From assembly GCA_963771275.1 (NCBI GenBank), contig CAVYSW010000004.1, forward strand, positions 1 to 34,648: a stretch of DNA of 34,648 nt, read 5' to 3'. The position numbers and the translations under genes are program-made. The notes beneath the pieces are model-generated. The model was not told the origin of the DNA and ran no database searches. It saw only the letters and a list, made by a program, of their open reading frames with translations. The stretch comes from an uncultured Gemmatimonadales bacterium. GTDB taxonomy: Bacteria; Gemmatimonadota; Gemmatimonadetes; Gemmatimonadales; GWC2-71-9. Shown here piece by piece: positions 16,682-29,246 of the stretch; position 1 is the first letter of the stretch, and each line of letters begins with the position of its first letter.

Positions 16682-17778
16682 CTACCGATACTCTGCCCCG
16701 TCGAGAATCACTCCCACAATCCGCTCCGCCGTCTTCCCGTCCCACCGCTCGATCTGCGCTTTGCGGTAACTGGAACTGGCGAGGGCCTCGCGCGCCGCGG
16801 TCTGGAGTGCCTCCTGGGTCGGGGCAACCAAGCGATTCGTCCCGTGGGTGCATGTAACCGGGCGCTCGGTGTTGGGTCGGACGGTCAGGCACGGGACGCC
16901 GAGGAACGAGGTCTCCTCCTGCAGACCGCCCGAGTCCGTGATCACCAACGCCGCCTGCTCCACGAGGCCCAGCATGTCGAGGTAGCCGATCGGGTCCATG
17001 AGCCGGAGGTGGCCACTGGAGGGAGCTTCGAAGCCCAGCCTGTCGATTCGGTCGCGTGTGCGGGGATGCACGGGGAACAGCACCGTCAGGTCGCGGCCGA
17101 GGACCTCCAAGGCACCCAGGAGCCCCCGCAGGGCCACCGGCTCATCCACGTTGGCCGGACGGTGCAAGGTCACCACGGCATACCGCTGACCGCTAACCGC
17201 TAACCGCATCGGCGTGTTTCGCTCCCGCGCAGCGGGCAGGGCGTGGACGAGCGAGTCGATCATGATGTTGCCGACAAAGTGGATGCGGTCCGCGGGAACC
17301 CCTTCGGCCTTGAGGTTCGCGTCGGCATCCCGCGAGGGCGTGAACAGGAGATCCGCCAGGCGGTCCGTGACCACGCGGTTGATCTCCTCCGGCATGGTCC
17401 AATCGCGGCTGCGGAGACCAGCCTCGACGTGCCCCACACGGATGCCGAGCTTGGCGGCGACGAGGGCCGCAGCGACGGTCGAGTTGACGTCGCCGTAGAC
17501 CAGGATCACGTCGGGCTTCTGCTCGAGCAGCACGGGCTCGAGGCGCTGCATGATCAGCGCGGTCTGCTGCGCGTGCGAGCCAGAGCCCACGTCCAGATTG
17601 CAGTCAGGTGCCGGGATCCCCAGCTCGTCGAAGAACGACCCTGACATCTCGGGGTCGTAGTGCTGGCCGGTGTGGAGGATGACGTGCCGCGCATCAGAGC
17701 GCCCCGCGAGCGGCGGGCCAGCGGGGCGAGCTTCATGAAGTTGGGGCGGGCGCCGACGACCGAGAGGAGGGTCGTCAT
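16682..17778 (-). CDS. wecB: UDP-N-acetylglucosamine 2-epimerase (non-hydrolysing); frameshift near 17712
   Basis: VVGARPNFMKLAP, HTGQHYD, VYGDVNST, HVEAGLRS, MPEEINR, VTLHRPANVD, TDSGGLQEE, TERP. Confidence 0.95.
17182..17207. repeat. Short intragenic GCGGTTA heptamer repeat in wecB
   Basis: mRNA GCGGTTA GCGGTTA GCGGTCA GCGGT, translated RLAVSGQR. Confidence 0.7.
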
Positions 17779-17782
17779 GACC

Positions 17783-18571
17783 CTACTTGAAGATCGCGAT
17801 GAGTCCTGCGATGGCGGCAGGGATGGTGACGATGGCGAGCAACACGCGCGTGCTGCCCTCGAAGCTGCCGATTCCGCGCGGCTTCGCCCCGACGACGATC
17901 TGGTCGCCCGCGCGCACGCTCAGCTGATCGAGCGTGCTGCCGCCCGCGATGGCCCGCTGCATCGCCGAGGCATCCCACACCCGCTGGTTCTGGCGCAGGA
18001 TCGTAATGTCACTCAGCTTCGCGTTCGGGGTGAATCCCTGCGCGGCCTGCAGCGCATCCGAGATCACGATGTCCGTCGGGAGCGTGTAGAAGCCCGGCCG
18101 GGCGACCTCACCCTGAATGGACAGCCGGATGTACGATCGGGCCTGGACCGCCGGGTCCCGGACGTACCGGGCGATCTGCGTCGTGAGATAGCCCTGGATC
18201 TCCGAGCGGAGCACGCCCTTGAGCGAGACGGCACCGAGCGTGGGGAGCACGACCTCGGGTCCCGCCACCACCGTGAACGTGTCGGTGAGCGCCGTCTCCC
18301 GCTCGACCGCAAGCCGGATGCGGTCACCGACTTGGAAGTCGCCGTTCTCGAGCCGCTGATGGACGCCCTCCGCCAATTGTCTTGCTTGCTCGCGCAGAAA
18401 CTCGCTGTAGGCGGGGGACTCGGCCGACGCCTGATAGCGGCGATAGAGAGACTCGAGCGACTCGCGCGTCGCATAGACCCGTCGGGGATCCCATTCCGTC
18501 TGTTGCGCCAGCGCGGGCCCGGCAAGACCGGTGAGCAGCAGCATCGATGCGAGCAAGCGCAGCTTGATCAT
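17783..18571 (-). CDS. Polysaccharide biosynthesis/export (Wza/SLBB domain) protein
   Basis: Signal peptide MIKLRLLASMLLLTGLAGPALA; FQVGDRIRL, LPTLGAVSLKG, IQGEVARPGFY, VRAGDQIVV. Confidence 0.85.
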   Translation of the reverse strand: MIKLRLLASMLLLTGLAGPALAQQTEWDPRRVYATRESLESLYRRYQASAESPAYSEFLREQARQLAEGVHQRLENGDFQVGDRIRLAVERETALTDTFTVVAGPEVVLPTLGAVSLKGVLRSEIQGYLTTQIARYVRDPAVQARSYIRLSIQGEVARPGFYTLPTDIVISDALQAAQGFTPNAKLSDITILRQNQRVWDASAMQRAIAGGSTLDQLSVRAGDQIVVGAKPRGIGSFEGSTRVLLAIVTIPAAIAGLIAIFK

Positions 18572-18605
18572 GGCTCCAATGATAACGCGAGGCGGAGGCG
18601 CGCCG

Positions 18606-20430
<1,825 letters not shown>

Positions 20431-20652
20431 CTAGTTGGATCCTTCGGACCGCCCGGCGACGGCATGCTTCTCGGTGAGACCGAACCGGGCGAGCTGTTTC
20501 AGCTTGGCGAGCAGCTCAACGCCCGACGCATGCGCCGGCAGCAGCGCGCCACAGCGCTGGCACTGCAGCTGACCGAAGCGGTCCGCCCCCGCTCCGCCCT
20601 CGCGCAACGCCGGCGCCTCCTGCCGCAACCGCTCACAGTCCGGGCAATGCAC
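20431..20652 (-). CDS. Small putative zinc-ribbon protein
   Basis: 73 aa, CPDC...CQRC; GGGAG SD before GTG; TAG directly abuts the glmS ATG. Confidence 0.6.
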   Translation of the reverse strand: MHCPDCERLRQEAPALREGGAGADRFGQLQCQRCGALLPAHASGVELLAKLKQLARFGLTEKHAVAGRSEGSN

Positions 20653-20951
20653 AGTGCTGCGCTCCCTTCGTACCGGTCTTTGTGCCCTCTCACTCGCGTG
20701 AGAATTCAATTTCGAAACCAGCCCGATGACCCGTGTCGCACATCACGGCGCAACACCTTGGCGATGAAGGACTTGAGCGGTGTGAGCGCGACGTTTCTAT
20801 GACAGATCCCTGGGCGTGCCCGCGTTGCGCCGTCGCCGCATCTGATGGATGCCGCGGGAGCGGGCCGTAGCCCGCCGCACCCCGGCGGGACTGAGGGGTA
20901 GCACCAAGCAACTCTCGGGCTGCCAAGACGGGCGGTGGAACGGTGTAAGTA

Positions 20952-20967
20952 CGGCACAGGATGTGCT
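20952..20967 (+). promoter_or_regulatory. Putative sigma54 (-24/-12) promoter
   Basis: CGGCACAGGATGTGCT: GGCAC with GG-N10-GC spacing, about 65 nt upstream of ATG 21032. Confidence 0.55.
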
Positions 20968-21031
20968 GCAAAACGCGGCACGTCCACGAGTGGGTGAAGA
21001 ACGGTGGACCCAGCCCCCTGAGAGAGACCGC

Positions 21032-21919
21032 ATGAGCGAAACGACCCGGCACGCTCGGACGCCGCTGGCCCTGATCATCAACGATCAGGAGTGGTCCACC
21101 CGTTCGCTGGAGAGCATTCTCTCCCCCAACGGGTATGCGGTGCTGCGGGCGTATACCGGCGTGAAGGGACTGGAACGGGCGCTGACGTCGCATCCGGACG
21201 TGATCGTGGTCGGTGCCAGCCTCCCGGACATGGACGGCCTGGAGGTGTGCCGCCAGCTCAGGTCGGCCCGCGTGTCCGACAGCACGCCGATCATCGTGAC
21301 GACGACCGCGAAGCCGGCCCGCGGCGAGCGGCTCGAGGCCCTCCGGGCCGGAGCTTGGGACTATCTGGGGCACCCGTTGGATGCGGAGGAGCTGCTGCTC
21401 CGGTTCGACGCCTTCGTTCGCGCCAAGCACGACGCAGACCAGGCAAGGCAGGAAGGGTTGATCGATGCGGTCACCGGCCTTTACAGCATGGCCGGATTGG
21501 CGCGCCGGGCCCGCGAGCTGGGCTCGCAGGCCTACCGCCAGGGCAGTCCGCTCGCCTGCGTCGTGTTCAGCGCCACGGAGGAGCCGGAGCAGCCGGGCAC
21601 GACCGGCAGCGAGCTCATCCAGGCGCTGGCGGACGTGCTCCACAAGCACGGCCGGGTAGCCGACGCCATCGGGAAGATCGGCGAAGCGGAATTCGCCCTG
21701 TTCGCGCAAGGAGCGAACGACGCCGGCGCGGCAAGGATCGCCCGCCGCGTGTCTGAAGCGCTGCAGGCTTCTCTGGCGGATGGTCAAGCACCGGTCCTGG
21801 CGGGGTACTACGCAGTCCCCGATTTCCGAGAGGCCGGCCTCCAGCCCCTCGACCTTCTGGAGCGGGCCACCGAGGCCCTGAACGAGGTCCGCCGCCAGGG
21901 TGTCGCGACGCTTCACTGA
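21032..21919 (+). CDS. PleD-like response regulator with atypical receiver and degenerate GGDEF domain
   Basis: REC fold (LALIINDQ, PDVIVVG, LPDMDGLEVCRQL, GAWDYLGHP), DAVTGLYS, GKIGEAEFAL. Confidence 0.85.
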   Translation: MSETTRHARTPLALIINDQEWSTRSLESILSPNGYAVLRAYTGVKGLERALTSHPDVIVVGASLPDMDGLEVCRQLRSARVSDSTPIIVTTTAKPARGERLEALRAGAWDYLGHPLDAEELLLRFDAFVRAKHDADQARQEGLIDAVTGLYSMAGLARRARELGSQAYRQGSPLACVVFSATEEPEQPGTTGSELIQALADVLHKHGRVADAIGKIGEAEFALFAQGANDAGAARIARRVSEALQASLADGQAPVLAGYYAVPDFREAGLQPLDLLERATEALNEVRRQGVATLH

Positions 21920-21926
21920 GGAAACG

Positions 21927-24377
21927 CTATCGCCCTTTGGCACCTTTCGCTGGCAGCGCCGCGCTCCTCTCCTCCGCCTGCTCCTGTCCCTCGTCCCGCG
22001 ACTCGTACCCCTCCGTGTAGTAGTGATACCCATAGTACCGGTAGTGGCCGGTGGGCTGCACGTCGTTGAGGATGGCGCCGAGGATCCGAACCGGTAACCG
22101 ATCCAGCATGTCGAGCTTCGCCTCGGCAAGCTCACGATCCGTGACCCCGGTGCGCAGTACGAGCAGCAGGCTCCCCGTCGCGGTGCCGAGGACGTAGGGA
22201 TCGACCCCCGCGCCGAGCGGCGGGCTGTCGAGCAGGATCACGTCGTAGGCGCTGCGCAACGAGAGCAGGAGCTGGGACAGGGCCGGCGAGGCAAGCAGCT
22301 CCGGGGCGTTCCCCATGCGCGTGCCGCCCCCCACGAAATGCAGTGACGGGTAGCGGGTCTGCTGCAGCACGTCGTCCCGCGACACGGTGCCCTTGAGGAA
22401 ATCGGTGAGACCCGGCTTGCGCGAGACGCCGAGCAGCCGATGCAGCTCGCCGCGACGCACGTCGCCGTCGATCAGGATCGTGCGATGCCCGGCGTCGGCG
22501 AACGCCAGGGCGAGGTTGGAGACAACGAAGGACTTCCCTTCCCCCGGCCCCGGACTGGTCACCGTCACCATCAGCGGTCCCGCGGCGCCGTGCGCGTGCA
22601 CCAGTCCCAGGCGCACCCCGCGGAGCGCCTCCACGACCTGTGCGGTATCCATGGGCTTGAGCGCCCGGCCGTTGCCGGCCGTCTTGACGCGCGGGATCGC
22701 GCCGAGGATCGGGAGCCCCAGATCTCCGGTCACCTGCTCCGGGTAGCGCACGCGCCGGTCCAGGCGATCGAGCAGCACCGCGCCGAGCAACCCGAGCCCC
22801 AGGCTCGCGGCGAACGCCATGCCCATCATCCGGACGGCCGTGTCCCGGACCGGCCGCTCCGGCACGACGGCCCAATCGAGCACTCTGGCGCCCAGATCGG
22901 ATGCGGACTCGGCAAACATGGCATCCTGGTAGGCGGCCTTGAGGCGCCCATAGGCACTGGCCGCGACATCCTGCTCGCGCCGGAGCCGCTGCTCCTCGGT
23001 GGAGCGGCGCGGGATTTCGCGCAGATCCCCGGACGCCGACGCGATGCGAGACGACAACTCGCGCTCGCGCGCGCTCATCTGCGCCAGGAGTCCGCGCGCC
23101 AGGTCCGGGATCGAGCGATCCTGCAGCTCGCGGATCTGCGCCGCGGCCCGCGCGACATCGGGATTCTCGTCCGTATATCGCAGCCGCAGCGCCCGGAGCT
23201 CCGCCTGACGCGCGGTCAGATCCCCGAGGGCCTTGGAGAGGTCCGCCGACTGCTGCACCGCCTGGATGTACAGCAGCGCGTCGGGAGACAACTCACCGCC
23301 CTGGGCCTGAACCAGCGCCCGGCTGATGGCTTCGCGGTCTTTTTGCAGCCCGTCCAGCTCGAACTTCATCTTCATGAAATTGTCCATGACGGGACTGCGG
23401 GTCTCGGCCAGACCCGGCGGTCACGGGGGTGGCGCGCTCGCTGGGTAGCGTGATCGTCTGGACCCTGAACTGCTCAAGGGCGACGTCAGCCGCGCGGAGG
23501 CGAGAGTCCGCCTCGTCGAGCTGGGCGCGCAGGGTGCTCACCATCTCCCGGCTCTTGGCGTTGGTGAGCGCTTTCGCGGTGTCGACGAACCCCTGGGCAA
23601 CCTTGTTCGATGGTGGCGGCCACGAGCCCGGGGTCGGTTCCCTGAAGGCGAAGGGCGAGGAAATTGGCTCCACGCTCGTTGCAACTGGACGCTCAATTCC
23701 TGCTGAAGTCTGAGCGCCGCATCCCGCGGCGGGAGCACGGCGAACCCGATCTTCTGACCCGGCCGCAAGGACCCGTGCGGCGGGACCCACGCGAGGCCCA
23801 GATCGGGGCCCACGGAGTCGCCCACTCTCCCCTGCTGGATGGTGATCCCCTGCGCGTTCCGCAGCGCGAACGTGGCGCCGGAGGTGGCGACGTCCAGCTC
23901 GTAGCGGCCGGGGACGAACCGCTGCTTGAGCCCCAACGTCGACAGGGCCAGCGAGTCCGGCCCCGCGGTCGGCGACAGGTAGAGACGGAGGTCGCGCACG
24001 ACGTCGTCCAGCACGACGAACGAGGTCTTGATCAGCTCGATCCAGCCCATCGCAGGAGAAGACCTGGGGCTGTTCGATCGGCCCACCGCTCCGACCCTGG
24101 GTCGCCGCTGGCCGGGACCCAGATCGTCGCCTGAGCCTGGTACGTCAGCCGGAAGGAACCGCGACGCCACGACGCCCGCCGCCGTCCCGAGCACGGTCAC
24201 GGCCAACACGAGCCACTTGAAGCGGAGGACGGCGGCGAGGTACCGGCGCCAGTCCATGCCCGCGCCGTCGCCATCGCCGGCCGGCTCCCCCGCGAACGGG
24301 GGCGGCGGAACGGGGGGCGGCCCACCTTCATAGGGGACCGGGAAACCGCGAGTCCGGATCGGAAGTTGTTCAGCCAT
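21927..24377 (-). CDS. wzc: Polysaccharide biosynthesis tyrosine autokinase / chain-length determinant (Wzc/GumC); several frameshifts
   Basis: DWRRYLAAVLRFKWLVL TM, coiled coil, second TM, Walker A GPGEGKS, ILIDGD, ILLDSPP, Tyr cluster YRYYGYHYY. Confidence 0.9.
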
Positions 24378-24672
24378 GAGGCTCGAGCTCAGTAAGCACG
24401 GTAGTCGGGGTCATTCCACCACGCGTCACGCAAGAATCGGGACACCGCTCAGACGGCCGGACCCGGTCTCCCGCGACGAATACCCCACTTAGCCAGGTTC
24501 GAGGTGTTGCTGACAGCCAACAGGGACCGGAGCCGACCAACCTGACCGTTGCATTGACACAACAACTCATTGCAGTGCAGATTATAACCGCTTGTTACAA
24601 GGCCAGATAGGTGGTCGACCCGACTGACGTCGACCCTCGGCCCGGACCCTGCGAACACCGGAGGGGTGATCC

Positions 24673-26266
24673 ATGGCGCGCCAATCCAGCACGCCTCGCC
24701 GACGCACCCGAGCCGGGAACGACGCGATGACCGTTGCCGAGAATGAAGACAGCCTTTCCTCGCCCGAGGAAGTCCGGGATGCGGGCCCAGCGGGCCTGAC
24801 TCCGGATGCCAAGCGCAGCCTCCGCATCCTCACGATCGACGACGAGCGGACCCTCCGGGAAAGCTGCAAGATGTTCCTCGAGAGCGAGGGCTACCGGGTC
24901 GAGACGGCGGGGCGCGGGTCTGAGGCGATGGAGGTCCTGCGGCGTCGCCCGTTCGACGTCGTGCTGATCGACCTCAACATGTCCGAGGTCCACGGCATGG
25001 ACCTCCTGGCGGCCTGCCTGGAGAAGAACCCCGAGACGATCGCGATCATCATGACAGGCAACGCGTCGGTGCAGTCGAGCATCGAGGCGCTCCGGGCCGG
25101 CGCCTGGGACTATCTCCCCAAGCCGTTCTCGGCGACCCACCTCCAGATCCTGATCGGGCGGGCGGCGCACGCGGTGATGGTCGCGCGGGAATCGAAGGAG
25201 CTGCAGGCGCTGACGGCGCGCGAGCATGGACACAGTGAGAAGGTCACGGTCTTGGGCAGCGCGCCCGCGTTCCGCGCGGCGATCGAGCTGGCGCGCAAGG
25301 TCGCGCGAACCGACGCATCGGTGTTCATCACCGGGGAGAGCGGGACCGGCAAGGAGCTGTTCGCCCAGTTCATTCACTACAACAGCCGTCGATCCAGTCG
25401 CCAGATGGTGGCGATCAACTGCGCAGCCTTGCCAGAGAACCTGCTCGAGTCCGAGATGTTCGGCCACCGGAAAGGAGCGTTCACCGGGGCCGTGCGGGAC
25501 AAACCGGGCCTGCTCGAGATCGCCAACGGCGGGACCATGTTCCTGGACGAGCTGGGGGAGATGCCCAAGCCGATCCAGGCCAAGCTGCTCCGCGTGATCC
25601 AGGACGGGGTGGTGCGCCGCGTGGGCAGCGAGACCAACGACGCGATCGTCAACGTACGGTTCATCGCCGCCACGAACCGCGATCCGGACGAGATCACGGC
25701 GCAGGGGGTTCTCCGGGAGGATCTTTACTACCGGCTGCGGGTGGTCCCCATCCGCATCCCGTCGCTGCGCGAGCGCCCGGAGGACATTCCGCTCCTGGCG
25801 AACTACTTCCTGCAGCACTATTGGGCCAAGCACCGGGATGGCGAGCAGGCGCCCAAGCTCTCCGAGGCTGCCATTCGCGCGATGCGGGCCTATCCGTGGC
25901 GTGGGAACGTGCGCGAGCTGCAGAACGTGATCGAGCACGCCGTCGTGCTGCTCGAGCCCGGCTCGCCGATCCGCCCGGAGGACATCCCGTTCATCGGCGG
26001 GGACTCGGGCGCCGAGGACGTGACCCGCGCCCGCCCCAGCCATGGTGTCGAGCGCCACAGACGCCGATCTGGACGGCGCGTACCATGACGTACGGGACCG
26101 CGTGCTGGCGGACTTCGAGCTGCGCTACTTGACGAACCTGGTGCAGCGCGCGGGGGGCAACATGTCCCGGGCGGCGAGGCTTGCGGGGGTAGACCGCACG
26201 ACCTTATATCGCATCATGGAAAAGCACGGCCTGCAGCGCGAAACGATCATGGTGGAGGCTGATTGA
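24673..26266 (+). CDS. sigma54-dependent response regulator (REC-AAA+-Fis HTH); frameshift near 26030
   Basis: ILTIDDE, VVLID, GESGTGKE, ESEMFGH, GAFTGA, FLDE, WRGNVREL; HTH GNMSRAARLAGVDRTTLYR in ORF 26042..26266. Confidence 0.93.
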
Positions 26267-27390
26267 GCCAACCCGCGGCGCAGAGGGCCGCGCGGGCGGC
26301 CGGACGCCGCAGCGCACCGAGTGCGGAGGACCCGTTCGCGTCGATTGCGTCACCGGACCTGGCGACCGCGGCGCGGCAGGTTGCGGCGTCATTCCGCAAC
26401 GAGAGCGGTGACGCCATCGCTGTTGACGAGGTGCGGGACGTCCTCGTCGATCTCGCCCACCGCATTGCGGGCGCGCGACACGATCCAGCCGAGGCCCGAA
26501 ACGGCGACAAGCGCTCGGTGGCATGGCTCGGGCGCCGCCTGCTCGAGCTGCTGCGCGCCCAGCTGCTGGAAACTTGGGCTGCCGCGCCCCCACCCACCGC
26601 CGAGGTCGTCGAGCTGCTCCGGGCGGTGGAGCACGTGCGCGCGGCGGTCGAGCCTGCCTGGTCGGACTTCTTCAGCGCCCGCCTTTCGGGACCGGGTGGC
26701 CTCGATCTCGTTGTCGAAGTGGCGCACGACCTCCGCTCGCCGCTGACATCCGTGCTGTTCCTCGCGGAAACGCTGCAGCGCGGGCAGAGTGGCCCGGTGA
26801 ACGAGGTCCAGCACCGCCAGCTCGGGCTGATCTACGGGGCGGCCTTGGGCCTGAGCGCCGTGACGAGCGACGTGATCGAGCTGGCGCGGGGCGGCGACGT
26901 GCTCGTCGACGCCCAGCTCTCCCCGTTCTCCGTGACGGAGATCCTCGACTCGGTGAAGGACATCGTGAGCCCAATCGCCGAGGAAAAGGGACTGTCGGTG
27001 TGCGTGAAGCCACCGGCCAGCGACCACCGCCTGGGCCATCCCCTGGCGTTGAGCCGGGTGCTGCTCAACCTCACCACCAACGCCCTCAAGTTCACCGACC
27101 AGGGCCACGTGGAGATCTGCGCGGCCCCGCAGGGGCACCAGCAGCTGGAGTTCAGCGTGCGGGACACGGGTCGCGGCATATCCGCCGAGGCGTTGGAAAC
27201 GCTGTATCAGCCGTTCCGGCGCACGGCGGCGCGACGCGGCGGGTACACGTTCTCCGGCACCGGGCTCGGTTTGGCGATCTGCCGGCGGCTGGTCGAGGCC
27301 ATGGGGTCCACCCTGGAGGTCGAGACCCGGGCCGACTGGGGGACCCGGTTTGCCTTCGTGCTGGACCTTCCAGGCGCGGGGGTACTGTAG
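26263..27390 (+). CDS. Cytoplasmic sensor histidine kinase (HisKA + HATPase)
   Basis: H-box VAHDLRSPL, N-box NLTTNALKFT, VRDTGRGI, GTGLGL; no TM segments seen. Confidence 0.92.
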   Translation: MSQPAAQRAARAAGRRSAPSAEDPFASIASPDLATAARQVAASFRNESGDAIAVDEVRDVLVDLAHRIAGARHDPAEARNGDKRSVAWLGRRLLELLRAQLLETWAAAPPPTAEVVELLRAVEHVRAAVEPAWSDFFSARLSGPGGLDLVVEVAHDLRSPLTSVLFLAETLQRGQSGPVNEVQHRQLGLIYGAALGLSAVTSDVIELARGGDVLVDAQLSPFSVTEILDSVKDIVSPIAEEKGLSVCVKPPASDHRLGHPLALSRVLLNLTTNALKFTDQGHVEICAAPQGHQQLEFSVRDTGRGISAEALETLYQPFRRTAARRGGYTFSGTGLGLAICRRLVEAMGSTLEVETRADWGTRFAFVLDLPGAGVL

Positions 27391-27558
27391 CCACGCGGGT
27401 TTCCCTGCTGTAGCACGCCTTGTAGTAGTCCTTCCACAAACGCGGACCATCAACCACGTCGGGTGTTGGCGATGGGCGAGGCACACACGATTTGAGAACC
27501 CGTAAGCGCTTATGCCGCAATAGCTTGCTGTCCGTCAGCATCATCGGCTCCGTCCCGC

Positions 27559-28362
27559 ATGAGGCTTGCCATACGTGCGACCGGCAAGACTCGACCCGAT
27601 TGGAGCCGTTCCGACGTGACATCCCTCAGGCTCAACATCCCGCCCACTCGTTGGCGTGCGCGCAGCGCAGGCCACGAGACCTATCACCCGGCGGAATGGG
27701 GTTCGCCCGGATTCGAAATGGAGCGGGAACGGGCGCGGCGGGTGCTCAACGTCGCGGTCGCGGCCGTCGGGCTGCTGATCACCTTGCCGGTCATGCTGGT
27801 GGTCGGGCTCCTGATCCGGTTGACCTCACGGGGATCGATTCTCTACCGACAGACCCGGGTCGGGCTCGATCGGCGCGGCGGCCGGCTGCCGGCAGTGCAC
27901 AGCCGGCGCCAGCACGACATGGGCGGCAGCCCGTTCATGATCTACAAGTTCCGCACGATGTACACGCGACCCCACAACGCGGACGCCGAGGTGTGGGCCA
28001 GTCCCGACGACCCGCGCGTCACCCCGATCGGCCGGGTGCTCCGGAAGTACCGCCTCGACGAGCTGCCGCAACTGTGGAACGTGCTGCTGGGCGACATGAA
28101 CATCGTGGGCCCGCGGCCGGAGCAGCCGACGATCTTCGTGAACTTAAGGGCGCAGATCGAGCACTACGAGGTGCGGCAGCGGGTGCGGCCGGGGATCACC
28201 GGCTGGGCGCAGATCAACCACTCGTACGATCGCTGCCTGGACGACGTGCGCCGCAAGGTGCAGCTCGACCTGGAGTACCTGGGGAAGCAGTCGGCCCTGG
28301 AGGATCTCAAGATCATGGCGCTCACGGTGCCCGTGATGGTGGGTCGCCGCGGGGCGTGGTGA
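27559..28362 (+). CDS. Bacterial sugar transferase (priming undecaprenyl-phosphate glycosyl-1-phosphate transferase); exact start uncertain
   Basis: [64 protein letters not shown]. Confidence 0.93.
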   Translation: MRLAIRATGKTRPDWSRSDVTSLRLNIPPTRWRARSAGHETYHPAEWGSPGFEMERERARRVLNVAVAAVGLLITLPVMLVVGLLIRLTSRGSILYRQTRVGLDRRGGRLPAVHSRRQHDMGGSPFMIYKFRTMYTRPHNADAEVWASPDDPRVTPIGRVLRKYRLDELPQLWNVLLGDMNIVGPRPEQPTIFVNLRAQIEHYEVRQRVRPGITGWAQINHSYDRCLDDVRRKVQLDLEYLGKQSALEDLKIMALTVPVMVGRRGAW

Positions 28363-29246
28363 CCGCCGGAGCCACCGGCCTCCGTTCCTTCCAATCCGCA
28401 TTCAGTAGCTGGCAAAGAGCAGCCCCGATCCTGGTGACGGGGCTCGCGTTCTTTCTGTTGTACCGCCAACCGATCGCGACCCTGTTGCGAGACTGGTGGA
28501 GCGATCCGGAGGCGGGTCACGGACTCCTGCTCGGCCCCCTGGCGATCGTGCTGGCGTGGCGGCGCGGTGCGGCGCCCGGATCCCGCCCGCAGCCAATCCT
28601 CGGCCTCCTGCTGCTGCTCGGCGCGGTCGTGCTGCGGTACGTATCGGGGCTCGCCGCCGAGTTGTTCACCATGCGGCTCTCGCTGCTCGGCGCGGCCATG
28701 GGGCTGGTGGTCTTCGTCGGGGGGCTTCGCCAGCTGCTGCACTGGTGGCTCCCGGCCGTGCTTCTGCTCCTGTCGGTGCCGCTCCCGGCGGTGGTGCTCT
28801 CCTCGCTGGCGTTCCCGCTCCAGCTCAAGGCCTCGCAGTTCGGCGCGGGCCTGCTCGAGTGGCGCCACGTCCCCGTCGCCGTGGCTGGCAACGTGATTCA
28901 CCTGCCGGGACGCTCCCTGTTCGTGACGGAAGCGTGCAGCGGCCTCCGGTCCTTGACGGCGCTGCTGTCACTCGGCCTGCTGATCGGCGCCCTGTTCCTC
29001 AAGTCGGTGCCGGCCCGGGTGCTGCTGGTGCTGGCCTCGCTCCCGGTGGCGATGCTGCTCAACGGGTTGCGCATCTTCCTCACGGGGTTCCTGGTGTATT
29101 TCGTGAGCCCGGCGCTGGGTGAAGGGGTGATGCATTACTCCGAGGGTTGGGCGATGTTCGTCGTCGCGTTCGCCATGCTCGGGGGACTCGCATTCGTCGC
29201 CGCGCGAGTGGAACGGCTCGTCGCTGCGCGGCGGGGCCCGGCATGA
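28359..29246 (+). CDS. Exosortase (EpsH family)
   Basis: Multi-TM; WWSDPEAGHG, catalytic Cys in VTEACSGLRSL, Arg in NGLRI, His in MHYSEG; GTGA overlap. Confidence 0.92.
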   Translation: MTAGATGLRSFQSAFSSWQRAAPILVTGLAFFLLYRQPIATLLRDWWSDPEAGHGLLLGPLAIVLAWRRGAAPGSRPQPILGLLLLLGAVVLRYVSGLAAELFTMRLSLLGAAMGLVVFVGGLRQLLHWWLPAVLLLLSVPLPAVVLSSLAFPLQLKASQFGAGLLEWRHVPVAVAGNVIHLPGRSLFVTEACSGLRSLTALLSLGLLIGALFLKSVPARVLLVLASLPVAMLLNGLRIFLTGFLVYFVSPALGEGVMHYSEGWAMFVVAFAMLGGLAFVAARVERLVAARRGPA

